Shown here: positions 48,749 through 57,928 of the stretch, one piece after another | Layout of the letters: the number at the start of each line of letters is the position of its first letter | Position numbering within the stretch: position 1 is the stretch's first letter | Origin: Fimbriimonadia bacterium | Lineage (GTDB): Bacteria > Armatimonadota > Fimbriimonadia > Fimbriimonadales > JABRVX01 | Length of the DNA stretch: 64,000 nucleotides | Reading direction: 5' to 3' | Assembly: GCA_041483895.1 (NCBI GenBank) | Contig: JBGPGO010000003.1 | Location: 160,001 to 224,000, forward strand | Translations under genes and position numbers: made by a program | Notes under the pieces: generated by a model | What the model saw: the letters and a program-made list of their open reading frames with translations, nothing else | Told to the model about the DNA's origin: nothing | Databases searched by the model: none

Positions 48749-51206
48749 GATGGGCCGATTCTACCTGCCGGAGTATCGCGGGTTTCGGCTGGACCTTGCG
48801 CTGCCGGGCCGACTGGCACGGTCCAATTGCCAATTCCAGCACCTCGTCGGCGCTCGTGACATAGTGCACCGTTACGGCTTTGCGGACCTCTTCCGGCACT
48901 TCCTCTTCGATATCCTTTTGGTTTCGCTTTGGGATGATCAGCGTTCGGACGCCGCCGCGATAGGCGGCAAGCACCTTATCTTTGACGCCGCCGACCGGAA
49001 GCACCTGTCCCTTCAGGGTGATTTCGCCGGTCATCGCCAGTCGGGGCGGGATCGATTTCGCGCAGGCGAGGCTGGCGATGGCCGTAAGCATAGCGATGCC
49101 TGCGCTGGGACCATCCTTGGGAATCGCCCCGGCAGGGACGTGCACATGGATATCTTTTCCTTCGAAGAATGACTGCTTGATTTCGTGTTTGTGACCCTCA
49201 GCCTTCAAATAGGTAAGCGCCGCTTGCACCGATTCCTGCATTACCGCTCCCAGTTGACCGGTCAGGATTAATCCCTTCGTGCCCGGAGTGGCGGAAGCTT
49301 CGATGAAGAGAATCTCGCCGCCGACTGGGGTCCACGCAAGGCCGATGGCGACGCCCGGCTCCAATTTCCTCTCCAACACCTCTTCGCGGAGAAAGTCCGG
49401 AGCGCCCAGCATGTCATGGACGGTCTGAGGGGTGATCGTAATTGGGCCTTCTTCGCCCTCCGCGAGCCGGCGGGTCGCTTTTCGGCAGATGGCGGCGATT
49501 TGGCGCTCCAGATTGCGGACCCCCGCCTCTCGCGTGTAGCCGGTTATCAGGGCCCTGATCGCTTGCGGCTGGAATTTCATGATCTTCCGACTGATACCGT
49601 GCTCGTCCAACTGTTTTGGGATCAGGTGGCGGCGGGCGATGTTTATCTTTTCCTCTTCTGTGTATCCGCTCAATTCGATGACTTCCATGCGGTCTCGCAG
49701 CGGGCTTGGGATCATTTCGATCATGTTCGCGGTTGTAATAAAGAATACACGGCCCAGATCGAAGTCCACGTCGAAGTAGTGATCTCGGAAGGTGTTGTTC
49801 TGTTCCGGATCGAGCACTTCCAGCAAGGCCGATGCCGGATCGCCGCGAAAATCCGCCCCAAGTTTGTCGATTTCGTCGAGAACGAAGACAGGGTTGTTGG
49901 AGCCGGCGCGACGAATTCCCTGCAATATCTGGCCCGGAAGCGCGCCGACATAGGTCCGCCGGTGGCCCCGTATCTCCGCCTCGTCCCGCATGCCGCCGAG
50001 GGAGATGCGAACGAACTTTCTGCCGAGCGCATGGCCGATCGAACGGGCGAGAGAGGTTTTACCGGTTCCCGGCGGGCCCGTGAACGCAAGGATCGGCTGG
50101 CGCACGGTCCCTTCTTTCTTGAACTTTCTCACGGCAAGGAACTCGATGATCCGTTCCTTGATCTTCTCCAGGCCATAGTGGTCCTTGTCCAAAATGCGCT
50201 TGACCCGCGCCATGTCCAGGTTGTCGATTGTCGCGGACGACCAAGGGAGAGCGACCATCCAATCGATGTAGGTTCTCGCCACGGAGTATTCCGGCGATCC
50301 GGGGGACATGCGCCGCAATCGATCCAGCTCCCGCCGGCACTCCTTTTCCGCTTCCTCGCTCATCTGGGCCTTCACGATGCTCTGCTCCAGCTCGTCCAGT
50401 TCCAGGCCCGTATCGTCCGTCTCACCCAGCTCGCGCTGAATCGCCCGTAGCTGCTCCCGGAGATAGTAGTCCCGTTGAGATTTGCTTAGCTCCGACGTGA
50501 CCTCGTTTTGGACCTTGCTGCTGAGCTCGAGCACCCGGACCTCGCGGCCCAAAGCGGCCATCAGCTCCCTCATGCGGGCGTTGATGGGAACCGTCTCCAA
50601 AATCTTCTGCTTCACTTCCACGGAGAACGGCATGTGCGCGGCGACCAGGTCCGTCATCACGTGCGGCTCCGGGACCTGGTGCGTCAGGGTCCTCAGCTCA
50701 TCGGGGAGGTTTTGGCTGTAGGAGATCGCACGGTCGAACAGGCTGCCGATGCCTCGCCGAAGGGCTTCGATTTCGATCTGCTCCTCGCCCTTGGGCATCT
50801 CCGGCTCATTCAGAATCTCGACCCGGGCGCGCAGGTACGGCTCCTCTTGAAGGGGCTCGACGATCTTGAAGCGGGACAGCCCCTGAACGATGAGGCGCAC
50901 CCCATCCGCCATTTTGACCATCGTTCGGATGATGACGGCGCAGCCGACGGTGTGGACATCGGCGAAGGTCGGCTTTTCCACCGCCGGATCGCGCTGGGCG
51001 ATGACCCCGATAATCCGCCGGTTGCCCAGAACGCTGTCGTCAACGAGTTGGATGGAATGGTCCCGTCCGACCGCCAGCGGCGCGATCAGCATTGGGAAGA
51101 CAACGGCATCGCGAAGGGGCAGCAGATTGAGCTCGGCCGGAATGTCCGGTCGAGGCTCGGTATCCGATATCTCCTCCACGATTTCATTGACGACGGGCAA
51201 TTCCAT
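48726..51206 (-). CDS. lon: ATP-dependent protease La
   Basis: LPLRD.VVFP N-domain, GPPGTGKTS, PKDGPSAG catalytic Ser; real start ATG 51206. Confidence 0.97.
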   Translation of the reverse strand: MELPVVNEIVEEISDTEPRPDIPAELNLLPLRDAVVFPMLIAPLAVGRDHSIQLVDDSVLGNRRIIGVIAQRDPAVEKPTFADVHTVGCAVIIRTMVKMADGVRLIVQGLSRFKIVEPLQEEPYLRARVEILNEPEMPKGEEQIEIEALRRGIGSLFDRAISYSQNLPDELRTLTHQVPEPHVMTDLVAAHMPFSVEVKQKILETVPINARMRELMAALGREVRVLELSSKVQNEVTSELSKSQRDYYLREQLRAIQRELGETDDTGLELDELEQSIVKAQMSEEAEKECRRELDRLRRMSPGSPEYSVARTYIDWMVALPWSSATIDNLDMARVKRILDKDHYGLEKIKERIIEFLAVRKFKKEGTVRQPILAFTGPPGTGKTSLARSIGHALGRKFVRISLGGMRDEAEIRGHRRTYVGALPGQILQGIRRAGSNNPVFVLDEIDKLGADFRGDPASALLEVLDPEQNNTFRDHYFDVDFDLGRVFFITTANMIEMIPSPLRDRMEVIELSGYTEEEKINIARRHLIPKQLDEHGISRKIMKFQPQAIRALITGYTREAGVRNLERQIAAICRKATRRLAEGEEGPITITPQTVHDMLGAPDFLREEVLERKLEPGVAIGLAWTPVGGEILFIEASATPGTKGLILTGQLGAVMQESVQAALTYLKAEGHKHEIKQSFFEGKDIHVHVPAGAIPKDGPSAGIAMLTAIASLACAKSIPPRLAMTGEITLKGQVLPVGGVKDKVLAAYRGGVRTLIIPKRNQKDIEEEVPEEVRKAVTVHYVTSADEVLELAIGPCQSARQRKVQPKPAILRQVESAHRDVARTR

Positions 51207-51207
51207 C

Positions 51208-51669
51208 TTATCCCTCCACGATCGGGATGGTCCGCTGCACAACCTCTTGCTTGGATTTAGGAACGGCGATTCGCAGGATTCCGTTTCGGCACGTCGCGAC
51301 GATGCCTTCTGTGTCCAGGGGGACATCGGGCAATTGGACCTCCCGCAAGAAGTCGCCGTAATAGATCTCAAGCTGGTAGCACCGTATTCGGCAGTCGGCC
51401 TCCTGCTCCTGCTCGGCCCGGAATCCCCGTATGATAAGCGAATGCCGGTCCGGAGCGAAGGACAGGTTGATCGATTCGACATCGACCCCGGCGATTTCGG
51501 CAGTCACGATAATCGATTCTTCCGATTCCGAGACGTCGACGCGCGGTTCCCAGAAGCTCCGGGTCCGGATGGACGTTGGATTGACGCGCAGCAACTCCTC
51601 GGAAAGAGAGCGAAGCTCGGATCCCAACTGCCAAAACCATTCAATCTCTCGCCGATTTGGCATGATCAC
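51208..51669 (-). CDS. Hsp20/alpha-crystallin small heat shock protein
   Basis: WEPRVDV.E, EI.YG.F.R...LP, NGIL.I.VPK. Confidence 0.92.
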   Translation of the reverse strand: MIMPNRREIEWFWQLGSELRSLSEELLRVNPTSIRTRSFWEPRVDVSESEESIIVTAEIAGVDVESINLSFAPDRHSLIIRGFRAEQEQEADCRIRCYQLEIYYGDFLREVQLPDVPLDTEGIVATCRNGILRIAVPKSKQEVVQRTIPIVEG

Positions 51670-53303
51670 TTCTCCTTTGGCGGTTCGAGGACCGGCGGCG
51701 TGGTCGAGAAACTGAAATTAATCGACACTTCATACGCTCTTGGCCACGGAAGCGAGACCCGTACGTCTGCCAGGTCCTGCAGAACTTGGGGATAGCCGTC
51801 CAATCCGCCTGGTATCACAGTCCCCTTGAACCCCAACTTAAAGAACGTTTCCAACATCTTTCTTGTGTGCTTATCGACGAATCGCTGCAGTTGGAGCAGC
51901 TTTTCTCCGCTGATCTCCTCTTTTGCGCCCTTCAAGTCCTCTTTGGCGAAATCGTACGCAAGCGGACGGATGTAATTGTCGTACCCATATTCGGAGGCAA
52001 AGCGCGTCAGCAGGAACAGTTGCTGAGCCATCTCCCGATCCGCCACTTTGAGATGAGAATCTCGACGGGCGATTGCGTAGACGATGGCGTGCGGGATCGC
52101 TGTTCCGATGGTGTTGCTGGCCGTGTTCCAGCCGGAATAGGCCATGAGCCGCGTCCCCAGCCGGGACTCCAGCAGATACCGGATCAGCGCCTCGTCTCCC
52201 TGGCCCAACTTCAGATTCAGGTCGACAAGGGCGACCCGTCTGCCCGCCTCAATTTCCGCGGTGAACTGTTCTTTGAGCTTCTGGAAGTCTTTCTCCGACC
52301 GCTTCGGCGTGTTGACGTAGAGGGTGAAGTCCGAATCCTCCGTCGGCGTTGCGATGCGCCCTCCACAGGCGGTGATTTGCGAATAGAGCGCCCGCTCGAC
52401 CGTCTGACCCTCGTTGGGCGGCACGTCGCGCTTGCCGTTGTCATCCGCCCAGACGACCTGGAGCGTTGGGGTCAAACCCTCGTCCTGCGAAAGAACTCGT
52501 GCCAGCAGCGTGCAGGCAATCTGGTCGATTCCGCCCGAGAGCATGGCCCTGTCGTCCAGTCCAAACTTGTGGATGCCTTCCAGTAGGCGTTTCCGTTCCA
52601 ACCGCTGCGGACCGTACGGTTCGGCATCGTCCTGGCCGTAGATCAGGAAATCGACGGTCTTGTTCTGGGCGAGCGATAGCATCGCCTGAAGGACTTTGAA
52701 GTTTCTGTGACGAGTGTCAAGGTATTTCTGCAGGGCGTCCTTCGGGATCTTCGTGTAATGGAGGGCAGCTTCGGCATGGGCATCTTTGTTGCCGGTCGCC
52801 GCAGCCTTGTCCTTCTTGTATAGATAGTTCGCCAGGTCCAGCCGCCAGGTGGCCGCCTCCCGAGTGGCGGTCGGGGCGGCCCGCATGATGCCGGCGAACA
52901 GAAAAATGGGGAGATTTGGGTGGCTCGTCTTGATCCTCTTGAGAATGGCCAGCCGCTCCATCGCGTCTTTAACCGTGACCCCAGACTCGCGGGAAGGGAC
53001 GAGGCCGCCGTAGCACAGCATGTCGGCGGAGACGATGAGCGCGTCCGCCTCGTCGCTTGATCGGTATAGCCAGGCGGTCAGCGCTCCATAGTCCCCCGCC
53101 TGAGTGAACCGGCCCAGGTTCTCTGCCGGTGGCATCAGGAAACGGACCCCGGCGATTTCGGCCATCATTCGCGGCATCTGCGTGCATACGGGCCGGCTGT
53201 CGAGAGGCAGCAGGGCCACGGTGATCGGCCTTTGCGGCTCTTGAGCGAATGACGGAGCGGCGCCGAGCAACGCAATCCAAAGACATGGTTTGACGAAAGA
53301 CAT
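51666..53303 (-). CDS. DUF4127 family protein, secreted
   Basis: LPLDSRP, DML.YGGLVPSR, GQDD, YSGWNTASNTIG, LPWPR. Confidence 0.85.
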   Translation of the reverse strand: MSFVKPCLWIALLGAAPSFAQEPQRPITVALLPLDSRPVCTQMPRMMAEIAGVRFLMPPAENLGRFTQAGDYGALTAWLYRSSDEADALIVSADMLCYGGLVPSRESGVTVKDAMERLAILKRIKTSHPNLPIFLFAGIMRAAPTATREAATWRLDLANYLYKKDKAAATGNKDAHAEAALHYTKIPKDALQKYLDTRHRNFKVLQAMLSLAQNKTVDFLIYGQDDAEPYGPQRLERKRLLEGIHKFGLDDRAMLSGGIDQIACTLLARVLSQDEGLTPTLQVVWADDNGKRDVPPNEGQTVERALYSQITACGGRIATPTEDSDFTLYVNTPKRSEKDFQKLKEQFTAEIEAGRRVALVDLNLKLGQGDEALIRYLLESRLGTRLMAYSGWNTASNTIGTAIPHAIVYAIARRDSHLKVADREMAQQLFLLTRFASEYGYDNYIRPLAYDFAKEDLKGAKEEISGEKLLQLQRFVDKHTRKMLETFFKLGFKGTVIPGGLDGYPQVLQDLADVRVSLPWPRAYEVSINFSFSTTPPVLEPPKEK

Positions 53304-53368
53304 CTCTCTCCTATTTTTGCATGGCGGCGATCTCCAGCGCGATCAATCATTCGGGTAGAGTTCAGGCA

Positions 53369-53857
53369 ATGGCGGACCTTAGTCACATCGATGATGCCGG
53401 CGGCGCTTCCATGGTGGACGTTGGCGGCAAGCCGGCGACCCATCGCAAGGCCGTCGCCCGTGGCGAGGTGCGCCTCCCTTCGGAGACGCGTCGGCTCTTG
53501 GCAGAAAAGGCCCTGCCGAAAGGCGACGTGCTCACTGTCGCGCAGGTCGCCGGGATTTTGGGGGCCAAGCGGACATCGGACCTGATTCCCATGTGCCACA
53601 ACATCGCTCTTACTCACCTGTCCGTGGAATTGGAACCAACGGAATATGGCATCGAGGTGCGGGTCGAGGCCGTGACCGAAGCGCAGACGGGGGTCGAAAT
53701 GGAGGCCCTGGTGGCGGTCAGCGTTGCCGCGCTCACAATCTATGATATGTGCAAATCGGCGGGCCATGGAATATCCATCACGAACATCGAGCTCATCAGC
53801 AAGACCGGGGGGAAGCCTGTCCCGAACCGGAGGGAGGGAAGCGATTGGCAGAAGTAG
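53369..53857 (+). CDS. moaC: Cyclic pyranopterin monophosphate synthase
   Basis: MVDVGGK, KGDVL, LIPMCH, TGVEMEAL, IYDMCK, KTGG. Confidence 0.96.
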   Translation: MADLSHIDDAGGASMVDVGGKPATHRKAVARGEVRLPSETRRLLAEKALPKGDVLTVAQVAGILGAKRTSDLIPMCHNIALTHLSVELEPTEYGIEVRVEAVTEAQTGVEMEALVAVSVAALTIYDMCKSAGHGISITNIELISKTGGKPVPNRREGSDWQK

Positions 53858-54342
53858 CCATTGCCGACATTCGATTTGGCGTCATAACCGTCAGCGACCG
53901 GTGCTCGCGCGGAGAGGGAGAGGACCAGTCCGGACCTAGAATTGTGCGGCATATCGCACAAGCGGGCGGCGCCGTCCTAACGGCCCAAATCGTGGCCGAC
54001 GACCTTGAGGCGATATCGCTAGAAATTCTTTCAACCGCCAAACGGTGCGACGTGGTCCTGACCACGGGAGGGACGGGCCTTTCCCCAACCGACATTACGC
54101 CTGAAGCCACGATGCACGCGATGGATCGAGAGGCGCCCGGCATCGCGGAAATGCTGCGGGCGATAGGAAGGCAGAAAAACCCGATGGCGGACCTGTCCCG
54201 TGGCGTCTCAGTCCTCGTTGGCAAGTGCCTCGTTATCAATCTTCCCGGTTCTCCCAACGCCGTCCGCGAGTTGATGGAGCCGCTGCTGAAGCTGCTCCCC
54301 CATGCCGTCGCTGTGCTGCGCGGCGATTCTTCGCACGACTGA
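53845..54342 (+). CDS. mog: Molybdopterin adenylyltransferase (MogA/MoaB)
   Basis: ITVSD, TTGGTGLSPTDITPEA, LSRG, INLPGSP. Confidence 0.92.
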   Translation: MAEVAIADIRFGVITVSDRCSRGEGEDQSGPRIVRHIAQAGGAVLTAQIVADDLEAISLEILSTAKRCDVVLTTGGTGLSPTDITPEATMHAMDREAPGIAEMLRAIGRQKNPMADLSRGVSVLVGKCLVINLPGSPNAVRELMEPLLKLLPHAVAVLRGDSSHD

Positions 54343-55106
54343 TGCGGCTCATCGACACCCACTGCCATCTGAATACCACAGCAGCATATCCCGATCTCGG
54401 GGAGGTGTTGGCGCGAGCGCGAGAGGCCGGCGTGGAGAAGATGCTGGTGGTTGGGATCGACCGGGGCAGCACTCCGGAGGCGTTGCGCTTCGCGATTGCT
54501 TATTCTGAGATCTATGCCATCGTCGGTGTGCATCCCAACAGCGCGGCGGGATTCGGCGACCGGGAGATGGCTGAGGTGCGGGAGTGGCTCCAGGCGCCAA
54601 AAACCGTCGGGATCGGCGAGACGGGTCTTGACTATCACCATCAGGACGCCTCGAAGGACGATCAGGCCCGGGCCTTCGAATGGCACCTCGATCTTGCTGC
54701 GGAGACCGGACTGCCGCTCAGCATCCACTGCCGCGAGGCCTACGACGACCTCCTTGCGATTTTGGAGCGGCGCGGCGGGCCGTATCGCGGTGTTCTTCAC
54801 TGTTTCGGCGGAACCGTGTCCCATGCGGAGCGGGCGATCACTTTGGGGTTCCACTTAGGGGTCGACGGCCCGGTTACCTACAAGAAAGCCGACGATTTGC
54901 GGGAGGTGATTCGCCAAGTTCCCCTCGATCGCCTGTTGCTGGAAACCGATTGCCCCTATCTGCCGCCGGTTCCGCATCGGGGCAAGCGCAACGAGCCGTC
55001 CTACCTCCCGCTCATCGCCCAGGCCGTGGCCGACGCAAGAGCGGAGCCCTTAGAAACCGTTGCGGAAGCGACGACAAGGAACGCGATCAACCTGTTCGGT
55101 TTGTAG
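54342..55106 (+). CDS. tatD: TatD family nuclease
   Basis: IDTHCHL, GVHP, GETGLDY, HCREA, LHCF, LETDCPYL. Confidence 0.95.
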   Translation: MRLIDTHCHLNTTAAYPDLGEVLARAREAGVEKMLVVGIDRGSTPEALRFAIAYSEIYAIVGVHPNSAAGFGDREMAEVREWLQAPKTVGIGETGLDYHHQDASKDDQARAFEWHLDLAAETGLPLSIHCREAYDDLLAILERRGGPYRGVLHCFGGTVSHAERAITLGFHLGVDGPVTYKKADDLREVIRQVPLDRLLLETDCPYLPPVPHRGKRNEPSYLPLIAQAVADARAEPLETVAEATTRNAINLFGL

Positions 55107-56331
55107 CGACCCGATGCTTTCTTCGCAATCCGAGCCCCAATCCCGCGACGGCCAGGCAGGCCATCGAACTCGGCTCCGGCGTCACTTGAAGCGTCGGAAA
55201 CGGCGACAGAGTAACCGGACGCACGCCGTCATCGGCGATGATTTCGAATCGGTCTATGCCCGCGTGGATGGTCGCCGTAAGGTCCACCGAGTAAAGCCCG
55301 GCCCCCAAATCGAATATGGACCCAATCGAAGTCGCTTGTGAGCTGTCCGCCGCATGCCTTACTGTGAGCGACTTCATGGAATGGGTGATCGCCTGGCCGC
55401 GCCAGTCGAGCAGTTGGATCATCATCGTCGAAACCGACATGCCGTCATTGGGGAGCATGTCGTCCGAAAGCGTTGCGGTCGAAACGATTCCGTCTGGCCG
55501 GCCCACAAGGCCGCTGCGCCAAGTATCGAAAAGCCCTTCCATTTGGATGACGGGATCGGGATCGGCGAAACCGCCCTTGGTGATGTTGAAATTCATCAGA
55601 TAGTTGCCCTGCGCATAGCCATTCGCATTGGCATTTCCGTTTATGTCTCCCAGGCGCGCGTCGATCATAAAGCCGACATATGCCGATCGAACGAAGTGAG
55701 CAGGCGGAGAACCGCATCCTTCTGGGTTGCTGCCACAAGAGCATCGTCCGTCCCCGCCCATGGATCGCGCCGCCTCCATACCCGCCATCAGCTTTGCCGG
55801 CAGGTCCCCGGCAGTCTCCAATATCGCCTTTTGCGCCATCAGGATCACAGGTTCTCCCGTAAGCACATTGCCCTGGATTGCGTACACCGTATCGCCAAAG
55901 GATCCGATCAGGCCGCCGCGCCATCGTCCGTCTTGCGTGCCGGTAAACGTTGCGGAACGGCTTCGGGTATCCGCGATTCCATATTGACGGGTCTGATGAC
56001 TCGGGTCTCTTGCCGCCAAGCCTGTGATAATGTCGTTCGGATCCGTGCCGAGTTTGAGCTGATCGTAAATGTATTTGCGATTGGCCCCAGTTTGATCGAC
56101 TGAACTCTGCGCCGCCGCCGCGCCAACTCCCACGACGACAACGGGCAGCCATTGGCGCAGATCAAATCCTTGGAGGCAGGTCGCAGAGCCGATGGCGATC
56201 TCTTTTGTCCGGGAATTCGCCATGATGATGGACCAGGTAGCTGACACAGGAGTCAGTGTGAGAAGGCAGAGGCTCGCCGCCGCGAGCCCCTTGCCGATGC
56301 GGATCGCTGCAATGCAGTTCATAATTCCCAT
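55087..56331 (-). CDS. DUF1028 (Ntn-hydrolase-like) protein with Ig-like region and PEP-CTERM
   Basis: Signal peptide then TWSII, AAAQS, RQYGI, IQGNVL, GGDGRC; C-terminus VTPEPSSMACLAVAGLGLGLRRKHR. Confidence 0.85.
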   Translation of the reverse strand: MGIMNCIAAIRIGKGLAAASLCLLTLTPVSATWSIIMANSRTKEIAIGSATCLQGFDLRQWLPVVVVGVGAAAAQSSVDQTGANRKYIYDQLKLGTDPNDIITGLAARDPSHQTRQYGIADTRSRSATFTGTQDGRWRGGLIGSFGDTVYAIQGNVLTGEPVILMAQKAILETAGDLPAKLMAGMEAARSMGGDGRCSCGSNPEGCGSPPAHFVRSAYVGFMIDARLGDINGNANANGYAQGNYLMNFNITKGGFADPDPVIQMEGLFDTWRSGLVGRPDGIVSTATLSDDMLPNDGMSVSTMMIQLLDWRGQAITHSMKSLTVRHAADSSQATSIGSIFDLGAGLYSVDLTATIHAGIDRFEIIADDGVRPVTLSPFPTLQVTPEPSSMACLAVAGLGLGLRRKHRVATNRTG

Positions 56332-56553
56332 CCTTCAAAAACAATAATATGCATCCCATGCGAGGATGCCGAACTCTGATACATCAATTTCGAGTGCCAT
56401 TTCGGCTTGACAGCATTATAACATGGAATTGGTGCGTTTAGCACCAACGTTCAGCGTAAATTCGTGCAACCTGAAAGAAAGTTGCGTCCTGGCTAAACTT
56501 GGTGTAAACTGAGGCGTCGATTGGTTTTGCATATCTGGACAGGAGTGGTGAGA

Positions 56554-57837
56554 ATGTTTCGCAGCCTTATTTTCCTCAGCATATTTGCCGCGTCTTGCGT
56601 CGCGTACGCGACCGACTTCCCCGAACACGAGCCGAACAACTCTTTCCCGCCGGGAGCGAGCCTTGGCCTTCTGAGCTCCGGCGATCGAATCGTGGGAGAC
56701 ATATCGTCAAGCTCCGACGTCGATTGGCATTATTTTGACACTTTAGGGACGGGCAGCTTCGGTCTCTATCGGTACACGTTCACCACTCAAATCCCGGCCG
56801 GCAAAGATTCAATTCTCATGATATTTGATTCGAATCCCGTTCCGGATCCCGACTTTCCCGATTCACCGAAGTATGTCTTGAATTACAACGACGACGCGGT
56901 ACCTGGCGTGGCAGCGTATAGCCGTTGCGAATACGATATGTTCACGAACGGTCAGAACGTCCGATGGGGGGCTTTCATTGAAGGTTTTACATCGCAAGAC
57001 GTTTGGGCCTATGGAATACAAGCGACGTGGGAGAAAATCATACCGGTCGACGTTGGCGCTTATGCTCCGGGCAATATCGTCCTCGACACCACGAAGTCAG
57101 CGGAGATGGATGACACGGAGATTGTTGTCTTCGATGCAAACGGCAATATGGTGGCCTACAACGATGATATCGATGGTACGCATCGCTTGTCGCATTTGGA
57201 GAAGAACCTAGCTAGTGGCGACTACTACATTTGCCTCACGTCCGCCGCCGCCTATCTGCCGACCGCGGGCCAAGATCGCACCGGCGTCGGTCCTGGCGAC
57301 CTGTCGGACGGCGCGTACACATTGACCATCAACGGGACGGATTACAACGGATCGATTACCATAGGAAGCGCCAACTGGTACATTGTTCATATTGGCAACC
57401 CGAAGACGATCTCCGGAACGGTGACCTTGGAAGCCATCAAGGGCGATCCGGCGACGGTGGCGGTCACGTTTGAAATCCGTGAACAGGGGACACAAAACGT
57501 GCTCCAGTCCACCACAAAGAACCTGAACAGCGACGGTTCCTACTCGTTCAGCACGAGCCTGACGGGGACAGTGGACATCGCGGCAAAAGGACCCGTCTAC
57601 CTGCGATCCAAACAGACGGTCGATCTTTCCGGATCGACAAGCGGTATCGATTTCGAACTCACAGCGGGCGATACAACAGGCGATAATGTCGTCGATCTGA
57701 AGGATATATCACCCATTTTCGTCTATTTCGAAACGACGGGGCTGTGGACGGAAGGCGATATCAACGGCGATGCAATCGTCGACATATTCGATCTCAACCT
57801 GCCGTTCCTTCATTTCGGCGAATCCGGAGCGCCATAG
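56554..57837 (+). CDS. Secreted protein with PPC/DVUA0089-like domains and C-terminal dockerin-like domain
   Basis: EHEPNN, DVDW, DTEIVVFD..G..VAYNDD; tail GDTTGDNVVDLKD/GDINGDAIVDIFD. Confidence 0.75.
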   Translation: MFRSLIFLSIFAASCVAYATDFPEHEPNNSFPPGASLGLLSSGDRIVGDISSSSDVDWHYFDTLGTGSFGLYRYTFTTQIPAGKDSILMIFDSNPVPDPDFPDSPKYVLNYNDDAVPGVAAYSRCEYDMFTNGQNVRWGAFIEGFTSQDVWAYGIQATWEKIIPVDVGAYAPGNIVLDTTKSAEMDDTEIVVFDANGNMVAYNDDIDGTHRLSHLEKNLASGDYYICLTSAAAYLPTAGQDRTGVGPGDLSDGAYTLTINGTDYNGSITIGSANWYIVHIGNPKTISGTVTLEAIKGDPATVAVTFEIREQGTQNVLQSTTKNLNSDGSYSFSTSLTGTVDIAAKGPVYLRSKQTVDLSGSTSGIDFELTAGDTTGDNVVDLKDISPIFVYFETTGLWTEGDINGDAIVDIFDLNLPFLHFGESGAP

Positions 57838-57928
57838 CCACTGAGCCGAGGCAAAATTATGCACGTTCGTCTACATTTTTTTGGCTGATCCCTGGCATCG
57901 GGCGCCTCGCGGAAGGTAGCCTCTAGGC

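Noticed and set aside
51207..51482. N-terminal extension of Lon given by the ORF track
   Set aside because: Overlaps the Hsp20 gene; SD GGAGG and ATG at 51206 give a normal Lon start
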